A DNA stretch of 64,000 nucleotides. Source: Eledone cirrhosa. Its lineage: Eukaryota. The notes under the pieces were generated by a model. It made no database searches. It was not told the DNA's origin and was given only the letters and a program-made list of their open reading frames with translations. Each line of letters starts with the position of its first letter. Position 1 is the stretch's first letter. A program made the position numbers and the translations under genes. The stretch is from contig OZ024740.1 of NCBI GenBank assembly GCA_964016885.1, forward strand, positions 74,462,001-74,526,000. The letters are read 5' to 3'. Shown in pieces: positions 50,647-63,565 of the stretch.

Positions 50647-51824
50647 TAATATATATATTTGTGAAATGGGTGGTGGTTGAAATTCAGTTGTGCACGGTTA
50701 AATGGTAGTAGACGTGGTCAGACGGACATGAAAATTTACACACCTATGTAAAAAGTGCCAAGGAAGCAAATTGACAAGGTTTCAAATCTCTAACTTGAAA
50801 AATGTCGTCCCTAGGGCCCCCAAACGGTCTATTTACTATCGCTTACGGTGAGTTATTTCCCCCTGTTCTAATACTTGGATGAGTTATTTTCCGTAGTCGC
50901 TTTCAATATTCATTGTCTTATTTACAATTTCATACAAATTTTTAAACTCATCAATTTTTTCATAACATATCAAACACAACGTTCTTTCGCTGTTTTTGAA
51001 AAATATTATTGAAAGTTTATTATAAAGAAGCAGTTTCAGGGGAAAAAATAGAAATATGCACTTGGGGCTGGACGGCGTACAATGAGAAGTGGAGCGACGT
51101 GAAAAGTGTTGTTTATTAACAGCGAAATAGCAATGTCGATGATATGCAAGTTTGAAAATGCAGATTATGAAGGTTTGTATGATAGTTTACACTTTGATTG
51201 CCCTGGTCAGCAAGAGGGGCCTCTTTTTTTAATATTCATTGTCTTATTTTAAATAACATATCAAAGACAACGTTATTTCGCTGTTAATAAACTGTTGCCT
51301 TCTACAGTACGTTTCATTTTCATTTTTCAATTACAGTTGCTCTATATTAAATTTAAATACTTATATAACGATCATACAGTACCGTTTTATGAAATCGATT
51401 CTGCAGTAGAATTTTACGAAATGCCAAACCGAAAAAGGTCACTGTTTTCTAACAAAAGAAATAAAACCCTTACATTACGAACCCCCTGTTTTAATACTGA
51501 TGTTAGTTATTTCCCCCTCTTCTAATAAACGTCTAATATATAGAGGCCCCTCTTGCTGACCAGGGCAATCAAAGTGTAAACTTTCATACAAACCTTCATA
51601 ATCTGCATTTTCAAACTTGTATATCATCGACATTGCTATTTCGCTGTTAATAAACAACGCTTTTCACGTCGCTCCACTTCTCATTGTACGCCGTCCAGCC
51701 CCAAGTGCATATTTCTATTTTTTTCTCCCTGAAACTGCTTCTTTATAATAAACTTTCAATAATATTTTTCAAATTATTAACTTAATAAAAAGTGGCCCCG
51801 GGTGCAACCGGGCTCAGCTGCTAG
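50647..51824 (+). mobile_element. Non-autonomous Helitron (copy 2)
   Basis: Duplicate of 47079-48241; CTAG at 51821-51824; the terminal TC is not clearly retained at the junction. Confidence 0.85.
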
Positions 51825-53777
51825 TTATATATAAACTGCATTAGGAGAAAATTAGTGACAGAAAAATATGAATATTTATTTAAACGATCGCTAACCGGAA
51901 GTGTTGACATTTGAAAATTTCAAGAATAATTAAATAAATTTGTATCCACCATGAGATAAACTGATTTTATTGAAACAAATACTGTTATATGTGCATTTGT
52001 TTCAAAGTTTATACTGTTCGAACACAATTTTGCCTGTTTCATAGACTTTCTGAACTCTCGGATCTATTTTCATCATTCAGAAACGTAACATAACAAATCA
52101 CCGAACGATTTGAAGATATTTTCATTATGAAGTTTCCAGATTGGGGTTTAAACACATGTTCATGGGTTGGGAAAACTAAAATGCAGTATAGTGTAAGACT
52201 TAAAAGATGTGGCTGCCATTTTTAATAGATCAATCGTCCACGTACAGATTTGATCTTTGGATTGTTTTTATTTATTATTACTTTTTTGTTTTGAAAGAGT
52301 GGAAGTGTTCGATAATGGACATTTCCTTAATAATTTCTATTATTTAACACCCGGAAACACCAAACCAACTAAACACCTATTTTCAGACAACACGGAAGAA
52401 TTGAATAATCTAGAACAATATCATTTAAAAACTCTTGATTTCTTTTTTAAACAATCAATTAAATGTTAATGTCCAGTTATATAATATAATACAAAAAGCT
52501 GAAATAGAGACGGTGATTATTGTAAAAAAATTACCCAAATCTTAATGACAATTGTACAAATATAATTTACCTGTGTGCATATTAATAATGAAATTAATGT
52601 GAAGAAAAAAAGAAAAACAATTACTTTCAGAAGCTTAAAGAAATATATACGAAATAAATATGAAAGGTGGTCTATAATAAAAGTAAAGCTTCTAACTTTT
52701 AAAAAGTTAATAAAAGGAAATCTGTTGAAATACCTGCTTTAAGCAACAGTAATTTAACACAGCTGCTAGAAAGTTCGTAATAACCGGTGTTTAGTTAAAA
52801 ATGAACCTCTATAAAATTTATGTAGGTTATCGGCCTTCGGTACACAATTCAGCTAGGTTCTGACCAATGATTCGTATTAACATTTTAAAGAAAGAAAAGT
52901 AATTATTTTGAAGTACACTCTTGAATTAAATGTTACAATCTAAATAACTAAACATACACAAGCTAGCCATGAGGTGGCGGGCAGTTGGTTGAGTCAGTTG
53001 ACATAGACCTACAAATTTGAGAGAGCCTATTCAACTCAAACTTTCGTTCTTTTAACGTATTCTATGATTTATGCATGTATATACCGGCAACTTTTATCGG
53101 TAAACATTTTTTCAACCAGTGACATTCTAAGACTATTAGGCGAGTTAGGCTGCTCACAAGCTATTTACCATTGTTGATTGGTGCAAGGCTATTCCAACGC
53201 CTTAGCTTTGCTATTATCCATGGTAATGCCGTGAGTGGCTTGGTTTGCTACAAAAACGTTTAGAGGAAATTACCAGTATTCTAAGATGTAGTGAGTAATT
53301 GAATATCCCTGTCTTCTTCCATTTTTTTCTTCTCTGATTAATTATTATTGATTTGTCTCTTTTGTGAATCATATTCATTATATAAATTGTATTTATATAT
53401 ACAAGATGTTTTATTGAAATAAAATATCGTTTAATTCAAAAAGAATAATTTGAAATGAGACCTACATTTCCCATTTGTTCTGGGTCTATTAGTAGCTTTG
53501 TTATATCTAGCTTGGGCCTATCACCATTTTTCATGGGTCTGCACGTACTGAGTAAATAAAAACTCAACAATTTCATTTTTTTAATTAAATTTTGGTATCT
53601 TAACAAGCAAGAGATTATCTTCATCATCATATAATGTGCACTTTCCTTGCTAACAAGAGTTGGGTAAGTCCTTCATAGACCAAGTCTGTACACAAGCAGG
53701 TCTACTGACCTCCCAGACAGGCCAGGAGCCTGCATGTCACTTACATACAGTCCCACACGCTAACGAGTGCATTATAT

Positions 53778-55776
53778 TATAGCGAAGATACTGGGTTGTA
53801 TAAATGCAACAAAACGAGGCATGGTTTGTGTGTATAATATTTAATCAAGCATTTAACAGTATGGTTGACATGTCAAAGAAATAGATGATAGAATGAAGCA
53901 AAGTTAGTAGTTACTGTTTTGATTGCCAGGCAAACGCGGCTGGCAGAAGACGCCTGGCGAAAACCAGGCGCCGGAAGGGCAAATGAGAGAGTGAGAATTT
54001 AAAGTTGTTAGTTTTATAGGGTTCTGACCGGAAGTTACAGAAAGGGTTCTACTTCCCGTCTAGATGTTGTTAATCTATTGGGGTTGTGAGTCACAACAAG
54101 GGAGGCCACTGCTACATAACCTCCCGCCAGAATTTTAGAATATAAAAATCGAATGAAATATGTAGCAAGTTGGCGATAATGTTGTAACAGGCATGAAAAT
54201 TACGACAAAAGAATGTTTGCAAAAATCAATGATAGATGTCAAGGTAGCCAACCGCTCTTGGCCAGAGAACGACTGGACATCTATCTATCCATCACCCAAA
54301 GATACAATGTAATAAAGTAAGAGAAGAGCTCAAAGTTCAAATGTACAAAATATAGTTCACAGGTGTGCAATCACATGATAGCAGGAGAGAAAGTGTGTTC
54401 CAGAGAATGAATGCAGGTGGTTTCTGTTCTGTGGTATATCGTGAAATTTCCAACCTCCGAAAGGATTTTCTCACAGGAAGAGTGCTGCAAAAATAAATTC
54501 TCTGGCTTGTTCTGCTGGTTTTGGTTGTTAGTGAAGCTGTGTTGCTGTCTCGCGGAGTGAGCGTATTCGGTGTTTAAATTCACAGTAAAAAAAAAATTTT
54601 CAGAAAAATTGAGTTGCGCAAAGTGCTAGAAATAACAGCCGATGTTGATGGTCGATGTTGAGAATGCGTTGACCTGGAAGGGTCAAGAGGCCAGCGACCA
54701 AAGAAATAAGCATTCTGAATAAATGCGCAGTTTTCAACGGCAAATTTACGTGGTAAATTTTTAAACCGGCAAATAGGAGAATATAGCTTAAGGCTGAAGA
54801 ATCCTTGGCGAGAAACGTTATCTCTGGCGTGCTGCTATCTCTGTGAGTCGAGATATCTCTGTGAGTCGAGAATTTGTGCTGCCTACACGTGCCAATACAA
54901 GGTTTAGTTAGGCTTAAAAAAATAATATTTCTAACGCGCGAGAAAATGATAGTGCAAGTGTGAAAGTGAGAATGATGAAAAAGAAAGGCTTCACTTAGCA
55001 TAATTATTGGTGTGAACTTTTGAAAAAAAAAAAAAAAAAAACTTGAACGGTGAAGAAAACGATGAAAAAAAAAAAAGACAATGGTTCATCGAAAATAAAT
55101 GTTCCTGTTGAAATGTTTTTAAAAAAATATCAAATTTCTTTTCTTTTTTTTTTTTTTTTTTGAAAGTGTTCGTTGTAAGAAACGAGAAACATATATATAT
55201 ATATCGTGAAATGCGACAGTTAGTTGATGCGTGAGAGAAAAAGTCTGTCTGAACGCTAATTTCACATGTGCGTGGTGTGTTCGTTTCTTTGACTGAGTAT
55301 TTTCATAGTTTGTCAATAAATTTGCTGTGTATTCGTAATGTTACTCACACAACACCAGATTCTGCTATTTTTTCTTTTTTCGGGGTGACCACTTATAACA
55401 ATGAACGGCTGTGTGTTCGTATCACGTCAGGGTTACCAATGTTGCGAAGATACTGGGTTGTATGAATGTAACAAGGAGACATAGTTTGTGTGTATAATAT
55501 TTAATCAAGCATTTAACAGTATGGTTGACATGTCAAAGAAATAGATGATAGAATGAAGCAAAGTTAGTAGTTACCGTTTTGATTGCCAGGCAAACGCGGC
55601 TGGCAGAAGACGCCTGGCGAAAGCCAGGCGCCGGAAGGGCAAATGAGAGAGTGAGAATTTAAAGTTGTTAGTTTTATAGGGTTCTGACCGGAAGTTACAG
55701 AAAGGGTTCTACTTCCCGTCTAGATGTTGTTAATCTATTGGGGTTGTGAGTCACAACAAGGGAGGCCACTGCTACA
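53778..55776 (-). mobile_element. Non-autonomous LTR retrotransposon (TRIM-like), 2.0 kb
   Basis: LTRs 53778-54116 and 55440-55776; ATAT TSD (53774-53777, 55777-55780) confirmed by the empty site in the other duplicate; PBS TGGTAACCCTGACGTGAT (55438-55421); purine-rich PPT GGCGGGAGG before the 3' LTR; no recognisable gag or pol. Confidence 0.93.
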
Positions 55777-56239
55777 ATATCATAGCACTGGCGCTAGGGA
55801 GGCAATCATAGTTTTAACACAGCTGAAGGGGTCTCCCAACCTTTTGTTTTGACAAGCTTTCTGCAGCTGGATGCCCTCCCTGTTACCAACCACTTTGCAA
55901 CATGTTATGCACGAGTTTATTGCATAGATCACTAATTATACAGAGATAGTCATGTCCTTGACACAACTGAAGGGCACTCCCAATATTGTCATTTGGCGAT
56001 ACATCTTATTAAACATAACTCCAATAAAATCAGTTGAATGAGAATTTTGGACAATACAGATAATGCAGATTATAGTGTATTCTGTCTTTAAAGCCAACTG
56101 GAGAAAGCAGCGGAGATGTATTTCAGATTTATTAAACCTCCTCAGCAAAACATTCTACTTGGTTGTTTTTTATCTGGTCTCTACCTGAAGTTTTCCCAGC
56201 TTGATTGAACATCTTGAGTGTTTCTCACCCACTAGTTAA

Positions 56240-57455
56240 GACTTCATAGTCATGGAGACAAAGAACCCTTCCTGCCCTGGTTAGGTAGCAACAAACAGGA
56301 AAGGATATTATAGAAAAGAATAAGGCATGTGTTTGTACTTTACTTCAAAGAGGTGGTTGCAGTTAGGACAAGTGATAAAAGGGGAGGTTTCTTTCAATCA
56401 TATATATACATATCAACAATACAACAAGCATTTAAGGCCATTTTCACTGATAGCCATGCAAGTCCCATTATTAAATTCATTTTACCCTATTATCTGCACC
56501 ACTCCCCCAGCCAGCATTTTGGCTTTCATTTTCTCCCTCCTTCATCGTCTTTAGCTATGTCTTTCTTAGTCTACCCATGGTAAATGCTCCTTTTTACTTC
56601 AAGCTTTTATCACAACTATAAATACTGATACCTGATGCACTTCAACCTTCACTTTAAACTTGTCAATGTTCCCTCTCTTTCAGTTCTTCCCATCCTTCTT
56701 TGCTGTTCTATTTTCTTCACACATTTTTCACTCCCATAAACCACAGCACTTCTCACAACGTACACCTTTCCCTTCCATTTCAGCAATACTCCACACCACA
56801 TATTTCCTGGAGATACTGCTACATAGTCTAATCAACTCTCTATATTTAACATGTCTCCAAAGTAATAAAATGTGTTCACACCTTCCATCTTCATGTCATT
56901 CACATGATCCAGCTCAACATCTTCTCCACCAGTAGCTCCCTCCATACACAGTTTACACTTAAATGTAGCTGCCACATTATTTAATAACCCCTTCACTCCA
57001 CTACATTTTTTATGTAACCCCCCCCCCCCCCCCCCCCCATGGAGTTCAGTTCAACACTCTTCCTGTTCTTTCCACCTTGCTACATGCTTTACCACTTGTT
57101 ATCATCTTTCTCTTTCCAATACCTTTTGCCTCCATACATTCCTTCCATCTTTTCATAACCCTCAGTCTCTCTATACTCTTTCAATTAACACAAGTCATCT
57201 TTGTACAGTGACTACTCCATTACATTTCAGGCAAGTACTTCCATTACAACTACAAATAATAGTGGACTTAATATTGATTGCTGATGCAGTTTAACCTTCA
57301 CTTCAAACTCATTACTGTTTCCATTCTTCATCCTTATAACTGTATGCACTTTCTTAAGCATTGTTATCACTATTCTAACCAATCATTCCTCCAGTCCTAA
57401 CTCTCACAATGCTCATATCACTACTTTATGAAGAACCCTATCAAAAGCTTACTGC
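56240..57455 (-). mobile_element. Very degenerate RTE-type LINE
   Basis: Minus-strand KAFDRV remnant at ~57430-57452 and a purine-rich decayed ORF; SINE/RTE-like tail near 56430. Confidence 0.45.
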
Positions 57456-57609
57456 AGATCATTATATATATAATAAGCACCAGTAATGCACTGGGTAATT
57501 GCTGGCCTTGTGCCTAAAGTAGAAACAATTATATATATAATACTTTAGATGAGTTGATAATACAACCATATAAAAGCAAAGATTATATGTATATATATAT
57601 AGAGAGAGA

Positions 57610-57935
57610 GAAAAATTCCTAGCTAAGTGTAAGCCACTATATCTAGCTTTTATTGATCTGGAGAAGACCTTTGACAATACCATGATCTGTCATCTGGTGA
57701 TCCTTAAGGAAACTATGTGTAGAATAATGGTTTGAGAGAGCAGTGCAAGCCATGTACAGAGGAGCTGTCAGTAAAGTTAGAGTAGGTAATGAGTTTAGTG
57801 AAGAATTCAAAGTGTAGGTAGGTGTTCATCAGAGCTGACTCCTTAGGGCGTGTTTGTTTATTATAGTTCTCCAGGCTATAACAAAGGCTGTTCATGGGAA
57901 CATCTGTAGGCTGATGACCTGGTACGTATAACTGA
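57610..57935 (+). mobile_element. RTE RT fragment
   Basis: KFLAKCKPLYLAFIDLEKTFD...SVIWW, AVQAMYRGAVSKVR remnants. Confidence 0.8.
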
Positions 57936-58737
57936 ATAAATATATATATAATATCTTCTACTATAGTCTTGGGCTGACCAATGCTACGTGAGAAAATTTG
58001 TTCATAGAAACTGAGAAGAACCAAAATGTGTCTGTGATTGTCTATGTGTGCATAAACGTGTGTATATTTATCTATTCTCTTCTCTTCCCTTCACATTCGA
58101 TATTGGATGTGCTGATATTTATGTTCTATGTAAAAAGTGATTCTGCAGCTCCGTCATTAGATGTGTGAAGATCAGTAATTTACTTTCATTATCCTCATTA
58201 TCATCATCATCATCATCAATTTCCATACTTACATGGGTTAGATGGTCTGTCACATTATGAGGCCAGACAAGTCAGGTGACCATGTCTTGCCCATACACTC
58301 CATCTTTGGCTTGGTTTTCTACAACTGGATATCCTTCTTAACGTCAACTACCTTAGAGGGTGGGGTAAAATGACTGCTTTTTGACACAGGACTAGTATGA
58401 CCATTTTTGAGGATGCAGTGGGCATTTTTTTTTGTGTGTGTGTGTAGCACCAGTACTAACACTATAGTGTGGAGAACCAGCACTACAACCTATTTATTTT
58501 TTTAAGTATTTTAGTTTTCAGGTCAAACCAGTGTATATTCTTTGACATTATATACTTCAGCATGTACGATGAGTCTATGCTTATTTAGTGAGGTTAAAAT
58601 AGGATCAAAACATGTCTCTAATTGTCTCCCACACTTGTTGAAAAATTCAAAACAATATAATTTGCGGACTAATCTTGATTTTTTTTCCTCTTACTTCATA
58701 AGTATTTCTAATTAACTTTTAATTCTTCCTGCTTTAA

Positions 58738-58945
58738 CCCTTTAGCATTTACATTATCCTATATTTACTATTATATTTTCATGGTAAAGGTATTACCTCA
58801 CATAATATCGAATCTATGAGATTTTGATAGTATTTATTTTGAGAATAATACCTTAATATCAGTATAAGTGATCGGTTACAGCCAGTTTAAACAGAAAGAG
58901 GTGAGGGAATTCTGGCTGGATATGGCCGATTTAAATGCTAAAGGG
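58738..58945. mobile_element. piggyBac-like MITE
   Basis: TTAA|CCCTTTAGCATTTA ... TAAATGCTAAAGGG|TTGA. Confidence 0.75.
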
Positions 58946-59140
58946 TTGAATATGTTAACACTAACTTATTTAAAATATAAACTTACTTTGATAGAGGCAG
59001 ATGGGATAACTAAGAAGAGAGTTTCTATATAGTCACCCAACCTGCTAGAAATAGCAACCAAATCTCACTCAAGTCAAGGAAGAACATGTTGGATAATGTT
59101 TTAATAATAGATAGAATGATTAAGGTTGGAATGCCAATAA

Positions 59141-59557
59141 CCGTAGTAGACCTGTCAACCCTCTCTGTCGGACAGGGAGATCTCCCACCCACTTTGGGGT
59201 GGATGAGAGATGTCTTTTCTTGTAAAAATGGGTATAGCTTTCATCCGTAGTAGACCTGTCAACCCTCTCTGTCGGACAGGGAGATCTCCCACCCACTTTA
59301 GGGTGGATGAAAGATGTCTTTTCTTGTAAAAATGGGTATAGCTTTCATTATGTAAAATGTGCCTATTTTGGGGCTCTTTTTTCAGTTTGGATTTTTAGAG
59401 GTTAGCAGGTTTGCCATAGGTCTACATGTGGCTAAATAGCAAGGAAGGACACATCATCGTCATATCATCACCGCTTTACACCATGATGTGTCCTTCCTTG
59501 CTACTTAGCCACATGTAGACCTATGGCAGACCTGCCAACCTCTAAAAATCCAAACTG
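59141..59557. repeat. hAT-like MITE with a 104-bp tandem duplication and a 75-bp inverted duplication
   Basis: 104-bp unit at 59141 and 59245; TIR-like AGACCTGTCAACC and GGTTAGCAGGTTT; inverted arms 59383-59457 and 59483-59557. Confidence 0.75.
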
Positions 59558-59854
59558 GAAGTACCATATTATATAAATAGTTCTAAACACATTATGTCTT
59601 TAAAAAGCCAAGATGCTGGCTTGAATGTCTTTATTATGAATGAGCTGGGCAAAACAACAAACTTCTTGTAGAAATAAAAATATATATGTATGCCCAAACA
59701 TGTCTAAGGTTAAGGAATTTGGTTTACAATCATTTGGTTTCAGATTCAGTCCCAATGCATGACACCTTGGGCAAGTGTCTTCTACTGCAGCCTTGGCTTC
59801 ATCAATGCGTAGCAAGTGAAATTTAGATAGAAACCATATGGAGCCCATCATATG

Positions 59855-59944
<90 letters not shown>

Positions 59945-60349
59945 TATATCATCATCATCATCATCATCATTTTACGTCCACTTTTCCCTGCTTGCAAGGG
60001 TGGGACGGGAACTGATTCTGGCTTGATTTCTACAGCTCGATGCCCTTCCTAACACCAACCTTATTTACAGTGAGTGCTGGGTGCTTTTTTTGCCGTGGCA
60101 CCTCCACGACCACTTTGCAGTGGAATGATATGGACCCCAGTCCCTATCATCTCATTTCTACAGCTGAGTAAACTGGAGAAATGTGAAATAAAGTGTCTTG
60201 CTCAAGGAAACAACACATAACCCGGTCTGAGAATTGAACTCACAACCTTTCGATTGCAAGGCCAATGATCTAACCACTAAGCCATGTGCCTCGTGTATAT
60301 GTATATATCAATCATCATCATGATTGATATATACATATACAGGAGGCAC

Positions 60350-60404
<55 letters not shown>

Positions 60405-60419
60405 TATATATATATATCA

Positions 60420-62070
60420 TCATCATCATCATGACCATCATCGTTTAACGTCCATATTCCACGATTGCATGGGTTTGGACGGGAGTTTTCCCACTTGAGG
60501 CAAGAGTGGTTGTCTTGCTCGTATAGGACTGTCTGGCGGGTTTTCTACAGCTGGATGCCCTTCCTAACACCAACCACATTTACAGTGTGGGGCTGGGAGG
60601 TTTTTACCGTGTTACCTACACGGCCACATTACAGCATGGACTGTGTGTTTTTTTTGTCGTGACACCTACACGATCTCATTTGTTTCGGCCTGGATGTTGT
60701 AGTACCAACATAATTTTACATTGAAAGGGGCGGTGTGGATGGGGTGGGGGTAGTGGGACGGGGTGTATTTTGTTAGAGATGCCTACTGACTGTAGTAGGT
60801 TTTACTTTGTATTTAGGTAAGGCGGGTCTTCTCTATTACTGTGTAGCGCCAAAGATCTCGGTCCAGTGACATTGTCTTGGAGAGGTGTAAGTGTGTGAGA
60901 TCAGAATTTATCAAGTCGTCCCAGGTTTTTCTGGGTCTGCCTACTCCGTGGCTACCATCTATTTTTATTGCCCTGCACTTTTTTATACAGCTGTCGTCTT
61001 TCATGCGCATCACGTGACCATACCAACGTAGCCTTCTCTTGAGTAAACAACATCTGATCCCTCTTATTTCTAATTTTTCCCTTAGTTCGTTAATGCTTTG
61101 CCGTTCACGTATATTACTACTACACATCCAGCGGAGCATGCAAGCTTCGTTCCTCTCTAGTCTGCGTATATCCTCTGCACACAATGCCCAGGTCTCACTG
61201 CCATGCAACATTGCTGTTCATATGCAGGCATCATACAGCCTGCCTTTCATTTTTAGGGAGAACCCTTTAGCGGCTAATAGTGGTATAAGCTCTCTGAACT
61301 TTTTCCATCCAGTTCTGACTCTAGCTACTGTACTTTCAGAGCACCCTCCCCCACTGCTGATTTTGTCACCCAGGTAACGGAAGCTGTCCACTATTTCTAT
61401 AGAACCCTCTGTGCAATTGAAAGAGCTAGTATTCTGTGGGCACTTGCTGCTACCTATTGCACCAGAGCACCGGCCACATGTAAAATCTATGTTCTTAGTT
61501 AGCTTACCTGTGATCCCACTACATCTTTTATGCACCCATACTTTGCATTTGGGACATAGAATGGAGTTTCTACCTACTCCTTTCCTACACACTGAGCATG
61601 GCCATTTCCCGGATGGGACCGGCGCCCTATTTTCCTTCCTACAAACGAGAACTTTAGTCTTATACAGGTTAATTTTAAGGCCTTTTGATTCTAGGCCATG
61701 CTTCCATGTTTGGAATTTCTTCTCTAGTTCGGCCATTGATTCAGCTATGAGCGTTAGATCATCTGCGTATAGGAGTTCCCATGGGCAGCCGGTCTTGAAC
61801 TCCACTGTTATAGCCTGAAGGGCAATAATAAATAGTAGGGGGCTAAGAACGGAGCCCTGATGAACACCAACTTTTACGCTAAACTCTTCACTATATTCGT
61901 TGTTAATTCTAACCTTGCTGACTGTTTCTTTATACATGGCTTGTATAGCTCTCACAAGCCATTCATCAACACCTAGTTTTCTAAGAGCCCACCAGATAAT
62001 GGAACGGGGGACTCTGTCGAAGGCTTTCTCCAAGTCGACAAAAGCTAAGTATAGGGGTTTACTTTTAGCT
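60420..62070 (-). mobile_element. Relatively young 5'-truncated RTE LINE with 3' UTR and tail
   Basis: ORFs 61218-62108 and 60813-61211 (one in-frame stop): AFVDLEKAFDRVP, GVHQGSVLSPLLF, LLYADDL, PHD-like finger, FRYLGD, RRLRWYGHVMRM. Confidence 0.95.
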
Positions 62071-62214
62071 AATGTAGATATATATATATGTACATGAACT
62101 CCAACCACAGCCGGCTATTCCCAGTGAATGTATTGGTTGCCGACTCTGTGCAAGACATTTTAGATCATTGGCTGGGCTAAAAAGCCACATTCGATCGCAG
62201 CGCTGTTAGTTGCT

Positions 62215-62364
62215 ATCGTGTGTGTGTATAGATATGTTTATGTGTGCGCGTGTGTGTGCATATATATATGTATATGTATATTATTATTGTTGTTATTATT
62301 ATTATTATTATTGTTATGAATGTATATGTGTGTGTGTATATATATATGTGTGTATATATGTATA

Positions 62365-62426
<62 letters not shown>

Positions 62427-63320
62427 TTTTTTAATCTATTAATTTTTTTTTTTCTCCTCGTGCAATGGCCATACTCGATAACGAGGGGGCAGCCATCATC
62501 ATATATATATATATATAACAACAGCGACAGCAACAACAACAACAGCAACAACACCATTGTCTGTGTTGAATGTGAGTATATGTATGTATATATATATGTG
62601 TGTATGTATATATATATGTATGTGTACATATCACACACGCGAAGCGAACAAATTTCAAAATTTCAACCCAGTGACTACAACAACACCAACAACACCAACA
62701 ACAACAACAGCAACAACACCATTGTCTGCAGCAGCAGCATCAGTGAAATGAACAACAACAACAACAACAACTGCCACCACCTTCACAACCACCACCACCA
62801 CCATCACTGGCACCACATCCACCACCACCACCATCCACCACCTTCACCAGCACCACTACTACCACCACCACCATCACCACCATCCACAACCACCACCTTC
62901 ACCTCCACCACTACCACTACCATCACTGGCACATCCACCACCATCACCATCACTGACACCATCCACCACCACCACCACCATCACTGGCACTATCCACCAC
63001 AACCACCATCACTGAAACTATCCTCCACCATCACCACCACCATTCACCACCAGCACCACCATCACTGGCACCATCCAACACTGTCACCATCACTGACATC
63101 ATCCACCACCACCACCATTACCAGCGTAAAGCAAACAATTATTATTATTATTATATAAAAACTGAACTGGACTGGAAAAGTCAACAGTTGATTTTGTATC
63201 AATACTGACGGTAATATATATATATATGTATGTGTGAGTGGTGTGTGTGTTTGTATGCATGAGTGTTGGTGTGTGAGTGGCGTGTATGTTTGTAGTTTGT
63301 ATGCATGAGTGTTGGTGTGT

Positions 63321-63360
<40 letters not shown>
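62215..63360. repeat. Compound microsatellites (TG/TA/ATT, CAA, CAC/CAT)
   Basis: Directly visible low-complexity tracts; they produce the spurious His/Thr/Asn-rich ORF. Confidence 0.9.
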
Positions 63361-63565
63361 ATGTCGTGTCAATAAGTGGGGGGGGGTTATGACCATGCTG
63401 TAAAATGGAGGGGTAGAGAGGGCCCTTGAGTCTAGTAAGATATCCTCTCTAGTGCTGCTGGCACAAATAAAAGCACCCAGTCCATGCTGTAAAGTGGCGC
63501 TGGTGTTAGGAAGTGCATCCAAAATGCTTATCAGCACAGCAACAAATAGATAAGAACAACAAAAT

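Larger units (their letters stand above)
47081..56231. repeat. ~3.57-kb tandem duplication (47081-50646 and 50647-56231; the second copy holds a 2-kb LTR insertion)
   Basis: Identical ORF translations at offset 3583 (47712/51295, 48674/52257, 49853/53436); homology resumes at 55777 after the insertion. Confidence 0.95.

Noticed and set aside
47712-53630. Duplicated short ORFs (76, 60, 70 and 64 aa) as a gene cluster
   Set aside because: Identity is due to the tandem duplication; two lie inside the Helitron and none has recognisable motifs.
54600-55001. 133-aa ORF inside the LTR element as gag
   Set aside because: No gag, zinc-knuckle or protease motifs recognised.
62244-63158. 304-aa His/Thr/Asn-rich ORF
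   Set aside because: Made of compound microsatellites; no domain or convincing splice context.
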